64,000 nucleotides of DNA, taken from the NCBI GenBank assembly GCA_973851085.1, contig OZ316775.1, positions 5,146,001 to 5,210,000 of the forward strand, given 5' to 3'. The translations under genes and the position numbers were made by a program. Shown one piece after another: positions 1 through 12,424 of the stretch; position 1 is the stretch's first letter, and the number at the start of each line of letters is the position of its first letter. The notes below the pieces were generated by a model that was not told the DNA's origin, searched no databases, and was given only the letters and a program-made list of their open reading frames with translations. This DNA comes from Ptychomitrium polyphyllum. Taxonomy: Eukaryota.

Positions 1-593
1 GGTCCTTGTCGTCGATTGTTGGATAGTCACCAGTCAGGAGCTGTCCCTGCTGAGAGGAGTCCGTTGCGAATGATGTTCCCGAGTCTGATCCAGCAGCTGC
101 GGCTTCAGGAGCATTCTTTTCTATATAAGGGGGTTGGGCAGGGGCTTCTGGTTCCACCATGTCGAATCCAACGGGGATCGAGTTTGCTGAAGGTGATGGT
201 TCAGGAGCTGAAGCAACATTAATAAATTTCTCATCAACAGCTCGTGCAAGGTCGACCAGCACAAGATCAGTATCTTGTCCTTGTTCCACAGTAGATAAGA
301 CTGCGCTATGAGTAGTATCAGATCCTTCAGTAGTTGTAGTAATAGCTGGCGCCATAACTGGTGAGGCGGCAGGTCCCTGTTCTACGGTTGATAAGACTGC
401 GCTGTGGGTGGTGTCAGATCCTTCAGTTGCATTAGTAATACTTATCGCCAAGGTTGGTGCGGCGGTAGGTGCGGTCATAGACGAAAGTATTACTTGAGTT
501 ACATATGCCCCAGCACCTTCTTCGGCAGACTGGACTTTACCGCAGAGCAGCAGCAGCGCCACAACAAGCACTGCAGCCATCTTTGCAGATACC
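1..593 (-). CDS. Secreted Ala/Pro/Thr/Ser-rich protein (AGP/mucin-like N-terminal region), 5' part only; the gene runs off the left edge
   Basis: Manual translation from ATG 580: 193 codons with no stop, MAAVLVVALLLLCGKVQSAEEGAGAYVTQVILSSMTAPTAAPT...APEPSPS...APEAAAAG.... It has a hydrophobic signal peptide and a duplicated TEGSDTTHSAVLSTVEQG block. The ORF track omits it because the stop lies outside the window. Acceptor TTTAG at 595-594. Confidence 0.75.
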
Positions 594-1423
594 CTAAACA
601 AACGAATAAACATAAACGATTTCAGAGGAAGAATTAAGTTTCTTTCAGCAGAACCCTTGTACAGACCAAAACACTCCTGAAGAAGCATAGCAAAAATTCC
701 GTTTCAATACAAACTGTCAAGAGATCATTTGATTTAATCACAGTTAGAAAGCTCAACATTGTAGTAGGAGAAACTTCACGCAGTATACTACTTATGATCA
801 AAGCAGACCATCCCTCCCACTCGAATCATAATCACATCAGTTTCATGAACAACTCTGCCAAAAATTTGCAGAACACGAAGATCAGACTTTCATTTCACAA
901 TGCTGCACAGTCCTCCCAGGAACTCTCGCTTACGAACTAGTTAAGAGCCAACCTTAAACTTAAAAAAAGGTAAAGTGCTACAACCCTTCAAGGTACCAAA
1001 AAATGCAGAGTCCAAGATGCGGCACCATATTCTCAAGTTACGATATGGCAAAGTTGGACTTTAAGAACTTGAAACCGCACAAGCGAGAAAGAGGACGTGC
1101 CGGAGACAGAAATGCAACAACATGCAAGAGGTAGAGTACATCTTATATTGACGAATCAACGCATGTTTGAACTGAAAGCACCAAAAAAGCGCGCAGAAAC
1201 GACGAGCATGAACGGGAGTATGCGACTCCTTAACAAGCACGTTTACAATGCATCGGCGAGCAAGAACAAAAAGAGGAAAAGAGCTTCACCTTGGCAGATT
1301 TCAACTTAAGAGCACCGAAAACCGCGCAGTGAGGAAAAGGAAGCACAGGAGGACGCGGCTCCTAAAAACATCATATACTGCAACGCAACGCTACGCAACA
1401 AGCACGAGAGAGAGAACACTTAC

Positions 1424-1990
1424 ATTGGAGAATCGATGGTGAAGCCAGGCGCGGTCGGGGACGTAGCAGGGGAGGCTCCAACAGCAGCAATGGCGAAGAG
1501 GTCAGTCCAGGCGAAGGACCCGACGCGAGACGGTGCCTTAACAAGAGCGCGATGGGAGCGCGGCCGTCCCTCCCTGGTGATCGGCGCCGGAGCGGCTTGG
1601 CGGGCGTCGGCGGGTCATGAGCGAAAGCGGGCGAGACTTGCGGAAGACGGGGTGAAACTCGCTGTGATCGTGTCGCCACTAGGGCTGCGGCCATCGCGGG
1701 CATGGACGAGTGAAGCGCCTCCGCTTAATCTCCGGGCCTCCCACGTTCTGGTGCCTCTGCCTCTCCCTCTGTCCTTCTCGTTGTGCTGCCTACTCCCTGC
1801 GTTTGTTTCGAAACCCCAAGTCCCGCCTCTCCGGTCTCAGCACCGGGCCTCCTGTTGCTGTTGCTGTCGCTTTCAAACATCCCCTTCAGCTTGTCTGATG
1901 TGCCCCCCTTCCACGTCCGCGCTACTACAGCACCCAGGCTTGCTGCAGAGCCGAGTTTTGGAGCGTTGAATTGGGGTTTGCGCTAATTTT
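1424..1990 (-). other. Probable GC-rich 5' leader exon/promoter region of the secreted-protein gene
   Basis: GC-rich block ending in the donor AT|GTAAGT (intron start 1423 on minus), followed by CT/GT-rich intron-like sequence down to the acceptor at 594. The upstream boundary is approximate. Confidence 0.45.
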
Positions 1991-3349
1991 GCAAATTCAG
2001 GGCTGCTGTGTCAGCTGTCCACGTCAAATGCTTGGGCGCACCGACTCGCGATTGCACTGCAGCGATATCTATGTTTTATCGTTTTGAAAGAAATGGACGT
2101 CGATTGCAAAGCATTCTAGAACAATGGAGGCACCTACCCTTGGGATGCACGAAAGATTTTATGGCGATCATATACTTATAATAACAGTTTGTGAAAATTC
2201 ATTATGAAATTGTACTTGAAAGAATATTCTGGAATTGATGCACAACAAAAACTTAGAGATTTTATACTTTAAATCATCTCCATAAAATTAGATTTATTGA
2301 TGTTATTACCAGTTTTTTTAAATGAATTTTGTGATTTTGATATTTAAAGTTTTTGGAATTTGATTTCCAAAATTTAAATGTTGACATTTTGGAAAAAAAG
2401 ATTTGGAATGAGTTTCTAACATATCCTTTAATGTAATGATTTATCAAAATGTTTGATTTGTTTCAATTTATAACCTTATTTTTACAAGACTACTTATAAT
2501 CAAAGTTACGATAGGTTTTGTTTCAACAAAACTTTAGATGTTTTTATGTTTATAAATTGAATTAAATGTGTAATTAGATAATACATAATTTAATTATTGA
2601 ATTAAATAAAGATTTAATAAATTATTCTAAAACATCTTGCATAAAGAGGATGTTTATGAAAAAAATGATACATTAGAAAAAATATTAGTATTGCTCAATT
2701 TTGGACTAGGAAGGCAAAGTTGGTATATACATCACTTTAGAATACAAAAGTAGGTATGCACATCCATACGTAGAAGTTCAACAAATTATGCTTATTAAAA
2801 TTTGTTTTATTAAAGTGAGATCGTTCAATCTATGATTCTTATTTTGAAGAAAAGATGAAATCATAATTAATAGATTTTTTGGGCAGTTTTAATAAATTTA
2901 CAAATTATGTATATACAAAAGGTTATACAAGCCTGTAAGCATCACTAGAGCACTTCAAGTCTACAAAAAATGCAATACATAATTGTATGTAAGTATTTCT
3001 TTTTAGTTTTCTACACAAAATATAATAAAAAAACTTAAATTTGTTATTGGTCCATTTACACTTGTAACTAATTTTTACTTTTATTTTTTTATTTACCTTT
3101 TGATTAATCAATTATATATTTTTTATCTTTTTACTTTTTACTTTTGCAATTGTGCATAAATTTGCATCAAATACCAGTACATCAAAGATGTAATGATTGC
3201 TTTATAAATTTTAATTCTTAAAAACTTATTTAATATTGGATAGAAACATAAATAAATAAAGCAAAAGGATACAAAAGCAGCCTGCTACAAAAGCAATTAT
3301 ATGGCGCCAAATACTTTGTAAAAAAATAAGAATTTCTAATTACAATAGA

Positions 3350-3606
3350 TATTACAAACAAAGTAATGACAAAACAAGGCTTTAAGATTCCAATATGTGG
3401 AATAAAGTATTTTCAAGGTATGTTAGAAGTAAAGAGCTATAATAAGGTACAGAGATATGACCACAATGTTTGAGCTAGGAAACAAGAGATGCATTGTGAA
3501 GACTACAAATTTCTTCAGCCTTGATTCTTATATATACTAGGTCTATAAGTGTTGGAAATTTCTTAAAAAGCTTTTAATACAATGCTTTGTATTCAAATAA
3601 TTTCAG
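3350..3606 (-). mobile_element. Truncated, degenerate LTR of the short (~335 bp) LTR family
   Basis: Colinear similarity to 5906-6243 and 14470-14799 (caaggctttaagattc...aaggtatgttagaagtaaagagctataataaggtaca...tttgagctag). Confidence 0.7.
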
Positions 3607-3607
3607 G

Positions 3608-3682
3608 TGTCATAGACATAAATCATGCAACACAGTCTTTAAAACCTTCTAGAATCTTTTGGTATATTATAATAGCTTCTTA
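3608..3682 (+). mobile_element. 5' fragment of the long-family LTR, opposite orientation
   Basis: TGTCATAGACATAAATCATGCAACA... matches the sense start of the LTR at 7038 (TGTCACGGACATAAATCATGCAACA). Confidence 0.7.
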
Positions 3683-3693
3683 AATTACTTACA

Positions 3694-4060
3694 ATGTCTC
3701 CTTCTTTGATGCGTACAAGATTGTAAGCTCTCCTACAATCAATCTTGGTGAATATCTTTGCTTAGCCAAGTTGCTATAGGAGTCATGAAATTAATGGCAA
3801 TGGATAGCAATTCTTCTTAGATATTTCATTGACGCACCAATAGTCCATGTACATACGTAATGATCCATCTTTCTTCTTTACAAATAGAATGGGTGCTCCA
3901 GCAAGTGATTTAGAGTGTTGAATGAAACCCTTTCCAAGGTTTTCAGCAATATATCCTCTCAAGGCAATTAACTTGGTTTGTGATACCTTATAAATAGGTC
4001 CAAAAGGTGGTTGGATTCCTTCTTGCAATTCAATGGTACAATCGTAAGGTCAGTGCTTTA
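3694..4060 (-). mobile_element. Gypsy reverse-transcriptase fragment, same family as the 6394-12988 element
   Basis: QPPFGPIY...[28 protein letters not shown]; nearly colinear with 10175-10545, with stops. Confidence 0.9.
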
Positions 4061-4388
4061 ATAACTTAATTTACAATACTTCTTTGAAAGGGACTAGTTG
4101 ATTGTAGTGCTTTTGTGCTTGCCATTCTTGCTAATAGTACCAAGTCACGAGCTGCCATTTCATTTAGGAATCAAATTCGGATTGATTTAGCAAGCTCAAA
4201 ATTATCTAGTCAACCAAGCTTGTGACTTGATATTTGATTCTGCCTTGACAATCACTTTATTCTTATTTTGTTTAATTTTAAATTTATTTTATTTTTATAT
4301 TTATTTATTTTCTTACTTTGGATTTGTAAAATTTTGGATCTAAAAGTTTCAACCAAAAAAAAGAAAGATTTGGATTGTTTCTTTTGAT

Positions 4389-4456
4389 GATATGGAAAGA
4401 TAAGAGGCTGAAGTAGAAAGATAAGAGGTTGATGTGGAAAGATAAGGGGCCGATAT
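4389..4456. repeat. Short tandem repeat, ~21 bp x 3
   Basis: gaaagataagaggctgaagta / gaaagataagaggttgatgtg / gaaagataaggggccgatata. Confidence 0.6.
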
Positions 4457-5134
4457 AAAAGTTTGATTTCCATTCCTCTTTTTCCTTTTTGGCATCTTTG
4501 ACTTAGTATATAAGGCCGTCCTTCTCTGACCAAAATCTCATAATATATTTCTTAGTTTAAGTTAAATTTTGTTGAATCTTCTTTGTTTGTTTGTAGAATT
4601 TTCAAAATGCCATTACACGCTCCATTTAAAGTTGTTATGTAAACGTGACACTAGTGTGAATAAAGTTGGTTCAATTACCTTGAATTTTAAGAGCAGTTGC
4701 TTTGAGTGGTTATAATTTCTTGTAGAAACGGTTTTTTTTAAGACAAAATCTAAAAAGTATCATTTCAATTACTTCAAGATGATTGTGTAAAAATTTGAAA
4801 AACAAAAGGCTTATGAAATGAGAGATATGAGGGATTTTGTGAATAGTATACAACAGAGATTGAATTGTACCTTTTAGGTTGTAGGAGTTGAATGGAGAGA
4901 TTTCTAAAGTTGATATTTTGGCAAAATATTATTAATAAGATAGAAAATATGTGTATAAAAACTTAAGTCTAAATTTAAAGCAAAAAAGTAGTCATGAAGT
5001 GTTGAAATAGAGGGAGTCTATGAATTATGGCAATGGTTTTCCAATTATGATTTGAATTTGGTTGTAATCTTCAAAAACTTATAGAATATGTCTTAAGAAC
5101 TTTCACACTAAAGTAACTTAATTTACAATACTAC

Positions 5135-5880
5135 CTTGTCATTTTATTGAGTAATTAGTAAGAGCCAAAGATCTAGTACCTTTTCAAGATAGCCTTCATT
5201 TATGACAACACTGCTAACATGGACTACTTGACGATATTATATCAAAACATGGACTACAATTCAAATGAAAGTTTTAGATGTTAGTCTTTGAAATTCTTAA
5301 GTTGGACATTAAACCTTCTTTTGCCTTTCATCCTGAGATCCATGGCCAAATAGAGCAAGTCAACCAAATCTTAAAGCAGTAATTGACGTATATTATCAAT
5401 TATTAATAAAATGATTGGGCTTTTTGCTTGAAATTGGCTGAATTTGTTTACAACAACACCACTTATGTTTCCACCCAACAAACACCATTCTACTTCAAGT
5501 GTCCAAAAATGAATATAATACAACCTCTCTAATTTGAAAATCCAATAACAGAGAGATTTGTCACTAGGATAGCAAAGCTTTAAGCAACCATGATAATTCA
5601 AGTAGAAGAAGTTCAAGAATAATATAAAGCACCAATAGATGCAATAAAGAAGGAATAACTTCTATTTTAAATTAGTAAAAAGGTAGGGTTCTTTCAATAA
5701 AATATAAAGGCCAACAGACCATATAATAAGTTGGACTATTGGAAGTTGGGACCATTTGCAATTCAAAAATAAGTCAATTACGTGGCATAATATTTGGAGC
5801 TACCAGCATCAATGTAGATACATTCAATCTTTCACATTTTACTTTTAAAAGCCTATAAATAATAAAAAATTCTTGGACAA
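5135..5880 (+). mobile_element. Heavily degraded gypsy integrase fragment
   Basis: Traces of HGL.DDI.S..G.QF, HP...GQ.E.VNQIL, AEF.YNN and KLDY..LGPF, matching the integrase at 7900-8600 but on the plus strand, with many stops. Confidence 0.75.
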
Positions 5881-5905
5881 ATAATAAAAAATTCTTGGAC
5901 AAATG

Positions 5906-6243
5906 TGTTACGGACAGAGCAATTACAAGACAAGGCTTTAGGATTCTAAGATGTAGAAAAAAATATGTTCAAGGTATATTAGAAATAAATAGCTATAATA
6001 AGATACAAAGGCAAAGCCAAAAGATTTGAGCTAGACCACAAGTGATGCGTTGTTGAGACTAAAGAACCTTTTAGCTTTGACTCCTATATATACTAGAACT
6101 ACAAGCCTTGGAAGCTTCTTAGAAATGTTCTATTACATTGTTTTGTATTCAAGCAACCTTCCAAAGCCCATGTAACTTCCATGGAAGCTTTTTAAATCTT
6201 CTAAGAACCTTTTTAGAGGCTTCTAATATGTATGTCCATGACA
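5906..6243 (-). mobile_element. LTR of a second (short-LTR) family with adjacent polypurine tract
   Basis: Termini TGTTACGGAC...GTCCATGACA (TG..CA, imperfect inverted ends). Purine tract AGAAGGGAAGGTAA (minus) at 6244-6257. Two further copies in the window. Confidence 0.75.
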
Positions 6244-6393
6244 TTACCTTCCCTTCTAGTTTAGAGGTCTCTAGGGAACATGTTGCAACAAGTACTTAGA
6301 GTTGTAAGAAGTCAAAAATTTATTGCATGGTGTTTGCAACATATTCCAATTGCTTTTTATGATTCAAATGGTTCATAGATCCTAGTAACCATC

Positions 6394-7038
6394 TGTTAGG
6401 GACACAAGAAACAAGAAGCAGAAACGAAGTGTTTTCCAAGAATTAACTTCCAAAGAGCTAATGATTAACAAGAAGTTGATACAAAGACTAGAACAAGGTA
6501 GGATTCAAGATAATCCACAACTTGAGTTGGCAAGACTAAAGAATACCTTGTCTTGCATCCTATTTATACTAGGACGTTTGTATCTCCTATGATACTTCTA
6601 AAGAAGCTTCCTACAAAGCTTAAGAATGTTCTGGAAGTCTAAGGAACCTTCCCAAGAAGTTTCCTAAGATGTTGGAACCTTCCTAAGTAGCTTCCAAGGA
6701 ATTGGAACCTTCTTCGGAAGCTTCCAAGGAGTTGGAACCTTCCTTGGAAGTTTCCTAAGGTAGCGGAACCTTCTTAGGAAGTTTCCTAAAGAGGTAGAAC
6801 CTTCCTAGGAAGTTTTCTAAGGTGATGGAAGCTTCCTAGGAAGTTTCCTAGGAAGTAACCTAAGATGATAGAACCTTCCTAGGAAGTCTTCTAAGGTGGA
6901 GGAACTTTCCAAGGAAGCTTCCTAAAAACATAAAAAAAGCTATGGAGACATCTAAAAGTATTCTAAGAAACTATTATAGTATACTAGAAAGTTCTAGAAT
7001 GTTCTAAGGACTATGTTGCATGATTTATGTCCGTGACA
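6394..7038 (-). repeat. 3' LTR (645 bp)
   Basis: Sense TGTCACGG...CCCTAACA; U3 contains tandem ~21 bp GGAACCTTCCTAGGAAGTTTCC-type units. Confidence 0.92.
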
Positions 7039-7693
7039 TCACCTCCCTTTTTAGCGACGAGTCCCATGAGGAGTTGTTTCTTTTGGCTTGCTTGTCACAT
7101 TTCTACAAATTCCAAAATTTGTCGAAAGAATGAAGCAACAAACTCTGCTCGTTGTTCTTTGTTCACTAACTCAACTGGTCCTTGCAAGAAACACCGATGG
7201 CCACCAGCCAAGATTTCTGTTGTTGAAATGTCCCATCCCAAGATTTGATCTTGATTAAGTCCTTCGAAACATCCTCCAAACAAGATTTCGGGTCCTCCAG
7301 GGGTGACTCTTCCAATTTCTAACAAGATGACTAGAACGCGAGCATCTGAATCAAGACTGGAATGTGAAGGGCGACTAGTCAATACTTCTGCACGAGGTTG
7401 TACTCGGCGTTGGAATGTCCCTCTCATATGTTGGCTTACATCCTCCGTTACCGAGGGCTGAGAAATTTGAGTCGGCTCAACAGATGCTGTTGTTAATGAA
7501 GGCATGGCCGAGTGCTCTTCACGCATATCCATGATCACACGAAGATTTGACATACTGGCTAGGATATAGAAATGATCTATCTTGGAAATAACGCTGCATA
7601 CAATTGGAGGTTTGGATATCTCTCCTTCCTTCTTATACTTGTCTATAAAGGAAAAACTTCTCTGTGAAGTTAACGGCTGCTGATGACACATGA

Positions 7694-9601
7694 TCACTGA
7701 CCTGGTTTCTGAGGATATCTTTGATGAAATTCGCGTACCTTCTCGGATGCATTTGTTACATTTGTTGAAGGTTTCCATGTTCGGTCATTGATGCCATATC
7801 CTTGCCAATGTATAAGGTACTCTACACGTTCGTTCTTGATGCGTGAATCTAAGATCTCTTCCATTTCATATTCAATTTCATTGTTGATTTCTAGCGGAGG
7901 AGGCGGAGGAACAATTTTCTCTGGTATACATGATTTGTTATAGGTTTCCAACAACGATACATGGAATACTGGATGAATTTGCATGCTTGGTAGTAGCTTT
8001 AGGCGATAACTAACCGGATTTATTTGTTTGCTGATTTCAAACGGTCCAAGCCTTTGATAGTCCAACTTCTTTGATGGTCTTTTTGTTTGTATATTTTGTC
8101 GTAGGAGCCATACGCTATCTCCAACCTTGAACTTTGGATGGTCCTTCCGATGGCGATTTGCATAAGTTTTGTAACGATCTTGAGCTTGTTGTAACTGGAA
8201 GGTAATTTCTTGATGGATTTTAGCAAGTTGAATTGCAAAATCCTCTGCTGCAGGACTTCCAACATGCTTCACTTGAAATGGATCTGTTCGAGGATGATGG
8301 CCATAGTTTGCAAAGAATGGACTTTAAATTGTTGAAGAATGCACCGTATTGTTGTAAGCAAATTTTGTCAAAGGCAAGAGGTCCATCCAATTTGCTTGCT
8401 GGTAGTTTATGCTACAACGAAGGTACTGTTCCAAAATTTGATTCACACGTTTGGTTTGGCCATTAGTTTGCGGATGGTGTGCTGAAGAAAGATTGATCTT
8501 TATACGCAACAGTTGGAATAGAGCCCTCCAAAAGTTGGAAATGAACTGCGGCCCTCGATCGGATACAATATCATCTGGTAGTCCATGTATGCGGTAGACG
8601 TGATTTAGAAACAACTTGGCAGTTTCTTCTCCTGTTACCGTCTTATTGCATGAAATGAAATGTGCCATTTTGGTAAATCGATCCACCACTACCAAAATAG
8701 AATCCTTAGAATCGGAATTTGGAAGGTCCGTGATAAAATCCATTGATAAAAACAACCATGGGCCCTTGGCACTGGAAGCGGATGGAGGAGACCATGAGGT
8801 TGGTACCTTGGCTCTTACACAAGTGTCGCATGATCGAACAAAGTCCTTCACGTACTTCCACATTTGTGGCCACCAATAGTCTCTAGCAATCAATTCCATT
8901 ATTTTATTGAATCCAAAATGTCCTGCTGTTGGAAAATCATGACGTGCTTGAAGGATCTTCAACCGCAAAGGGCTTGGAGGTAGGTACAAAAGTCCTTTAC
9001 AATAAAGTAGGCCCTCTTGGAATTCAAAGTCCTCATCGCTATTTGAAGGATTTCCATTGTCTTTGAGGCGCTTCTTTATATTTGAAACAAAGACGTCATT
9101 CTTTAAAGCCTTCCGAATTTCATCAAGATGGGATGTTATTGTAATAATGGCTGCTTTCAATTGAAGCTTCTCAGGCTTTAATAAAACAATCCTTTGTTGA
9201 TTCAAAACATCATCTTTAGGTTGAGGAGCTAAATAAGATCTTTGAGATAAGGCATCTGGCTTACCGTGCAAGCTACCAAATTGATAGGTAATGACAAAGT
9301 CAAATTTGGAAAGCGACATACTCCACCTTGTTTGACGGCAATTCAAAACACGTGCACTCATAAAATACTCCAAGTTCTTGTGGTCTGTGTATATCGTGAT
9401 GGTATGTTGAGCTCCTTCCAATAAGTGTCGCCATTCTTCAAACGCATCCACAATTGCAAGTAGTTCTTTATCATGTATATCATAGTTGATCTCTGCCGCT
9501 GAGAACTTCCTTGAACAAAAAGCAAGAGGGTGAAGTCTCCCGTCTTCATCATATTGTGAAAGTATTGAGCCAAGCGCAAAATTTAAGGCATCCGCTTCCA
9601 A
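7694..9601 (-). pseudogene. pol: RNase H, integrase and chromodomain (frameshifted)
   Basis: EADA...LGSILSQ, NYDIHDKELLAIV, TDHKNL (RNase H); H..PTAGHFG...CDTC zinc finger, SMDFITDLP, SDRGPQF (integrase); EYEMEEILDSR...YLIHWQGY....TW (chromodomain). Confidence 0.93.
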
Positions 9602-9694
9602 ATAAAAAGGCTTTGATGGATTTGGATGAATTAGAATTGGAACCGACGTGAATGACTTCTTAAGACTTTGAAATGCTTTTTCCGCCTCTTCATC

Positions 9695-11163
9695 TCAAAT
9701 GAATTTTTGCTTCCCCGTAAGACGTATTAATGGTGCCGCAATCTTGGAATAATTCTTGATGAATATCCTGTAGAAGTTTGCAAATCCCAAGAAGCATTGA
9801 TCATCTCGAATTGATCTTGGCGTATTCCACTCCATGACAGTGCTTATTTTTTTCTTATCCATATGGATTCCTCCTTTGGAAATGATGTAGCCTAAAGATT
9901 CAACCGAGGATTCATGGAAAAGGCACTTCTCCAATTTGGCATATAATCCTCGCTGGCGTAGTTTTTCTAAGACCAATTGCACATGACATTCGTGGTTTTG
10001 TTCATCCTTTGAATATATCAAAATATCATCTAAGTAGATAACTATAAAATCATCCAGATATTCATGGAAGATATCATTCATCATATATTGAAAGACCGCG
10101 GGAGCATTAATAAGGCCAAAAGGCATGACATTATATTCAAAATGACCATACCTAGATCGAAAAGCTGTCTTCCATTTGTCTCCTTCTTTAATGCGTACAA
10201 GATTGTAGGCTCTTCTAAGATCAATTTTGATGAATATCTTTGCTTGGCCAAGTTGTTGTAGGAATCCTGAGATTAATGGTAATGGATAGCGATTCTTTTT
10301 TGTTACTTTGTTGAGGCCTCGATAGTCCACGCACATACGTAATGATCCATCTTTCTTCTTTACAAATAGAATGGATGCTCCAGCAGGTGATTTAGAGTGT
10401 TGAATGAAACCCTTTCCAAGGTTTTCATCAATATAATCTCTCAAGGCAGCCAACTCAGTTTGTGATAAGTTATAAATAGGTCCAAAAGGTGGTTGGGCTC
10501 CTTCTTGCAACTCAATGGTACAATCGTAAGGCCGGTGCTTTGGTAACATGTCTGCATTCTTCTTCTCAAAAACGTTTTTATAATCTTGATATTGACGAGA
10601 TATGTTTTTATTAGTCTCTATTGTAGAGCTGGACATTGGCGTGGCATAAATGGCATAGATTGGTTCATCCTTTGCCGCTCTCATAAATGCCTTAGCTCCA
10701 ATAAACGATGGTCTAAGATTTCTCGTACCTTGGCGTCTTTTCTTGAGACCACACTCCGTGAGCGCCACTCAATGTCTGGATTATGTAATTTAAACCAAGG
10801 AAGGCCCAACACAATAGGATTCGTTCGGCATTGAATGATGTTGAAGACTATCTTAAATGCCTGGTCTTTTAAAACAACCTCCAGGGGTTGTGTTTTTTCA
10901 ATAACGTTGCCAGACACAAGAGATCGTCCATCAATAACTTCAATAGGTGCGGGATATATTTTGGTCACAAGCACCATGTGATGTTTGGTTGCAAAATCCT
11001 TGTCCATGAAACATGCCGTTGCACTAACGTTTGAAAGAGCCTCGCTAATTATTTCATCATCTAAAAATTTAATTTTGATAGGAAATGTAAAACAAGAAGT
11101 AGGGCTTAAAGGTAGTAAGAGATCTTGATTTGATGGTCGTTTCCTTGTGGTGTCCAGTCGCAT
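9695..11163 (-). pseudogene. pol: degenerate aspartic protease and reverse transcriptase
   Basis: RT motifs [39 protein letters not shown]. Protease active site degenerate (ALSNVSATACF), IVLGLPW. Confidence 0.93.
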
Positions 11164-11199
11164 GGTCCCTACTAAGACTGGACAGCCTCCTTTTCCAAT

Positions 11200-12188
11200 T
11201 CCACTATGTGCTTTGAGCCTTAAAGGCAGATCCTTTGATTTGGCAATCGCGCACTTTATATCCAGACTTGCTTTATTACAACCATAAGTTTTTTCTTTGA
11301 CGCCTTTTTTTTTACTTCTGAAGTCAAACGTTTGAACTAGGCAGCATCAATTTGCATAGGTTTTGGTCCTTGTGGTCGGATTTCCAATACTCTTGGAAAA
11401 GTGGTAGCCATGCTTTGATGTACTGGTCACCATCCCAAGCGTTATTCTTGTGGCCTCTCAAATAGTCTATTGTCACATGCTATTGCTTGATTAATGAATT
11501 CATCCAATGTTTCAACTCTTGGCATTGTGAGTAGCAAGTCCTTCACATTCTCTCTTAAGTCCCATCGGAATCGTGTGACCAAGGCTTTATCATTCCAATC
11601 AAGGTCGCAAACTAATTGTCAAATTTCTGCAGCATATGTAGCAGCTGAGCGCTGCCCTTGTTGAAGACTCTGGATCCTTGTCTCAGCCACCCTCTCTCGG
11701 TCGGTGTCTCCAAAAGTAGATGTCAATGCTTCTATAAAAGCATCTAAGTTGTTCAATAATGATGATTGCTTCTCCATTAGTAGTGCAAACCACGATAGTG
11801 CATTGTTTGATAAAAGAGTGGCTACAAATCCCACTTGAGTTGTGCCATCAAGATAGCGAGATTGATGCAAACTAAGGAAGAGTCTTACTTGTTGAAAAAA
11901 GCCTCTCAATTTTGATCTTGATCCATTGAACTTATCTGACATACTAATCTTTGGCTCTGCATGGATTCGACGTAAGCCTTTCCTTCCAATATTGGCCTCT
12001 CGCAATCAAACAACCTCTTGATATAGGCTTTGAATATCACCATTGGATTCTTCAGCTTGTCGAGCATGTTGCTCCAAATTGTTGGTGGTATTAAAACGGA
12101 CGAGTTCCGTTGGAACTGTGTATAATAATTCTTGATGGTCTGCAATAGTTACAAACCTATTCTCTGATGTTTTAGGCACGTTATCCAT
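11200..12188 (-). pseudogene. gag (retrotransposon capsid domain and degenerate zinc knuckle)
   Basis: KFNGSRSKLRGF.QQV...ALSWF...L.QGQRSAATYA; broken into several frames. Confidence 0.85.
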
Positions 12189-12410
12189 TTCTTAAAATTC
12201 TCAAAGACAGAAAAACTATGAGTACCTTCAAAGGAAAAAAATCCACGTCCTTTGAATTAAGTAATACTTAGTTCTAGAAGGAGAAACCAACTGTATGGTG
12301 CCAGCTTGGAGGAGGGTAATCCGCAACCTCGAAGATGCTATGGAATCCTAAAAAAGATGGATAATTCACAATCTTCTTCAAAGAACCTTAGCTTTGACAA
12401 AGATGAAAAG

Positions 12411-12422
12411 TAGTCTTGCCAA
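12411..12422 (-). promoter_or_regulatory. Primer-binding site of self-priming type
   Basis: Sense TTGGCAAGACTA, 2 nt downstream of the 5' LTR; exact complement of LTR positions 12558-12569. Confidence 0.75.
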
Positions 12423-12424
12423 AC

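Noticed and set aside
1371..1986. GC-rich ORFs (177 aa plus, 110 aa minus) as independent genes
   Set aside because: No recognisable domain; better explained as the leader/promoter of the minus-strand gene.
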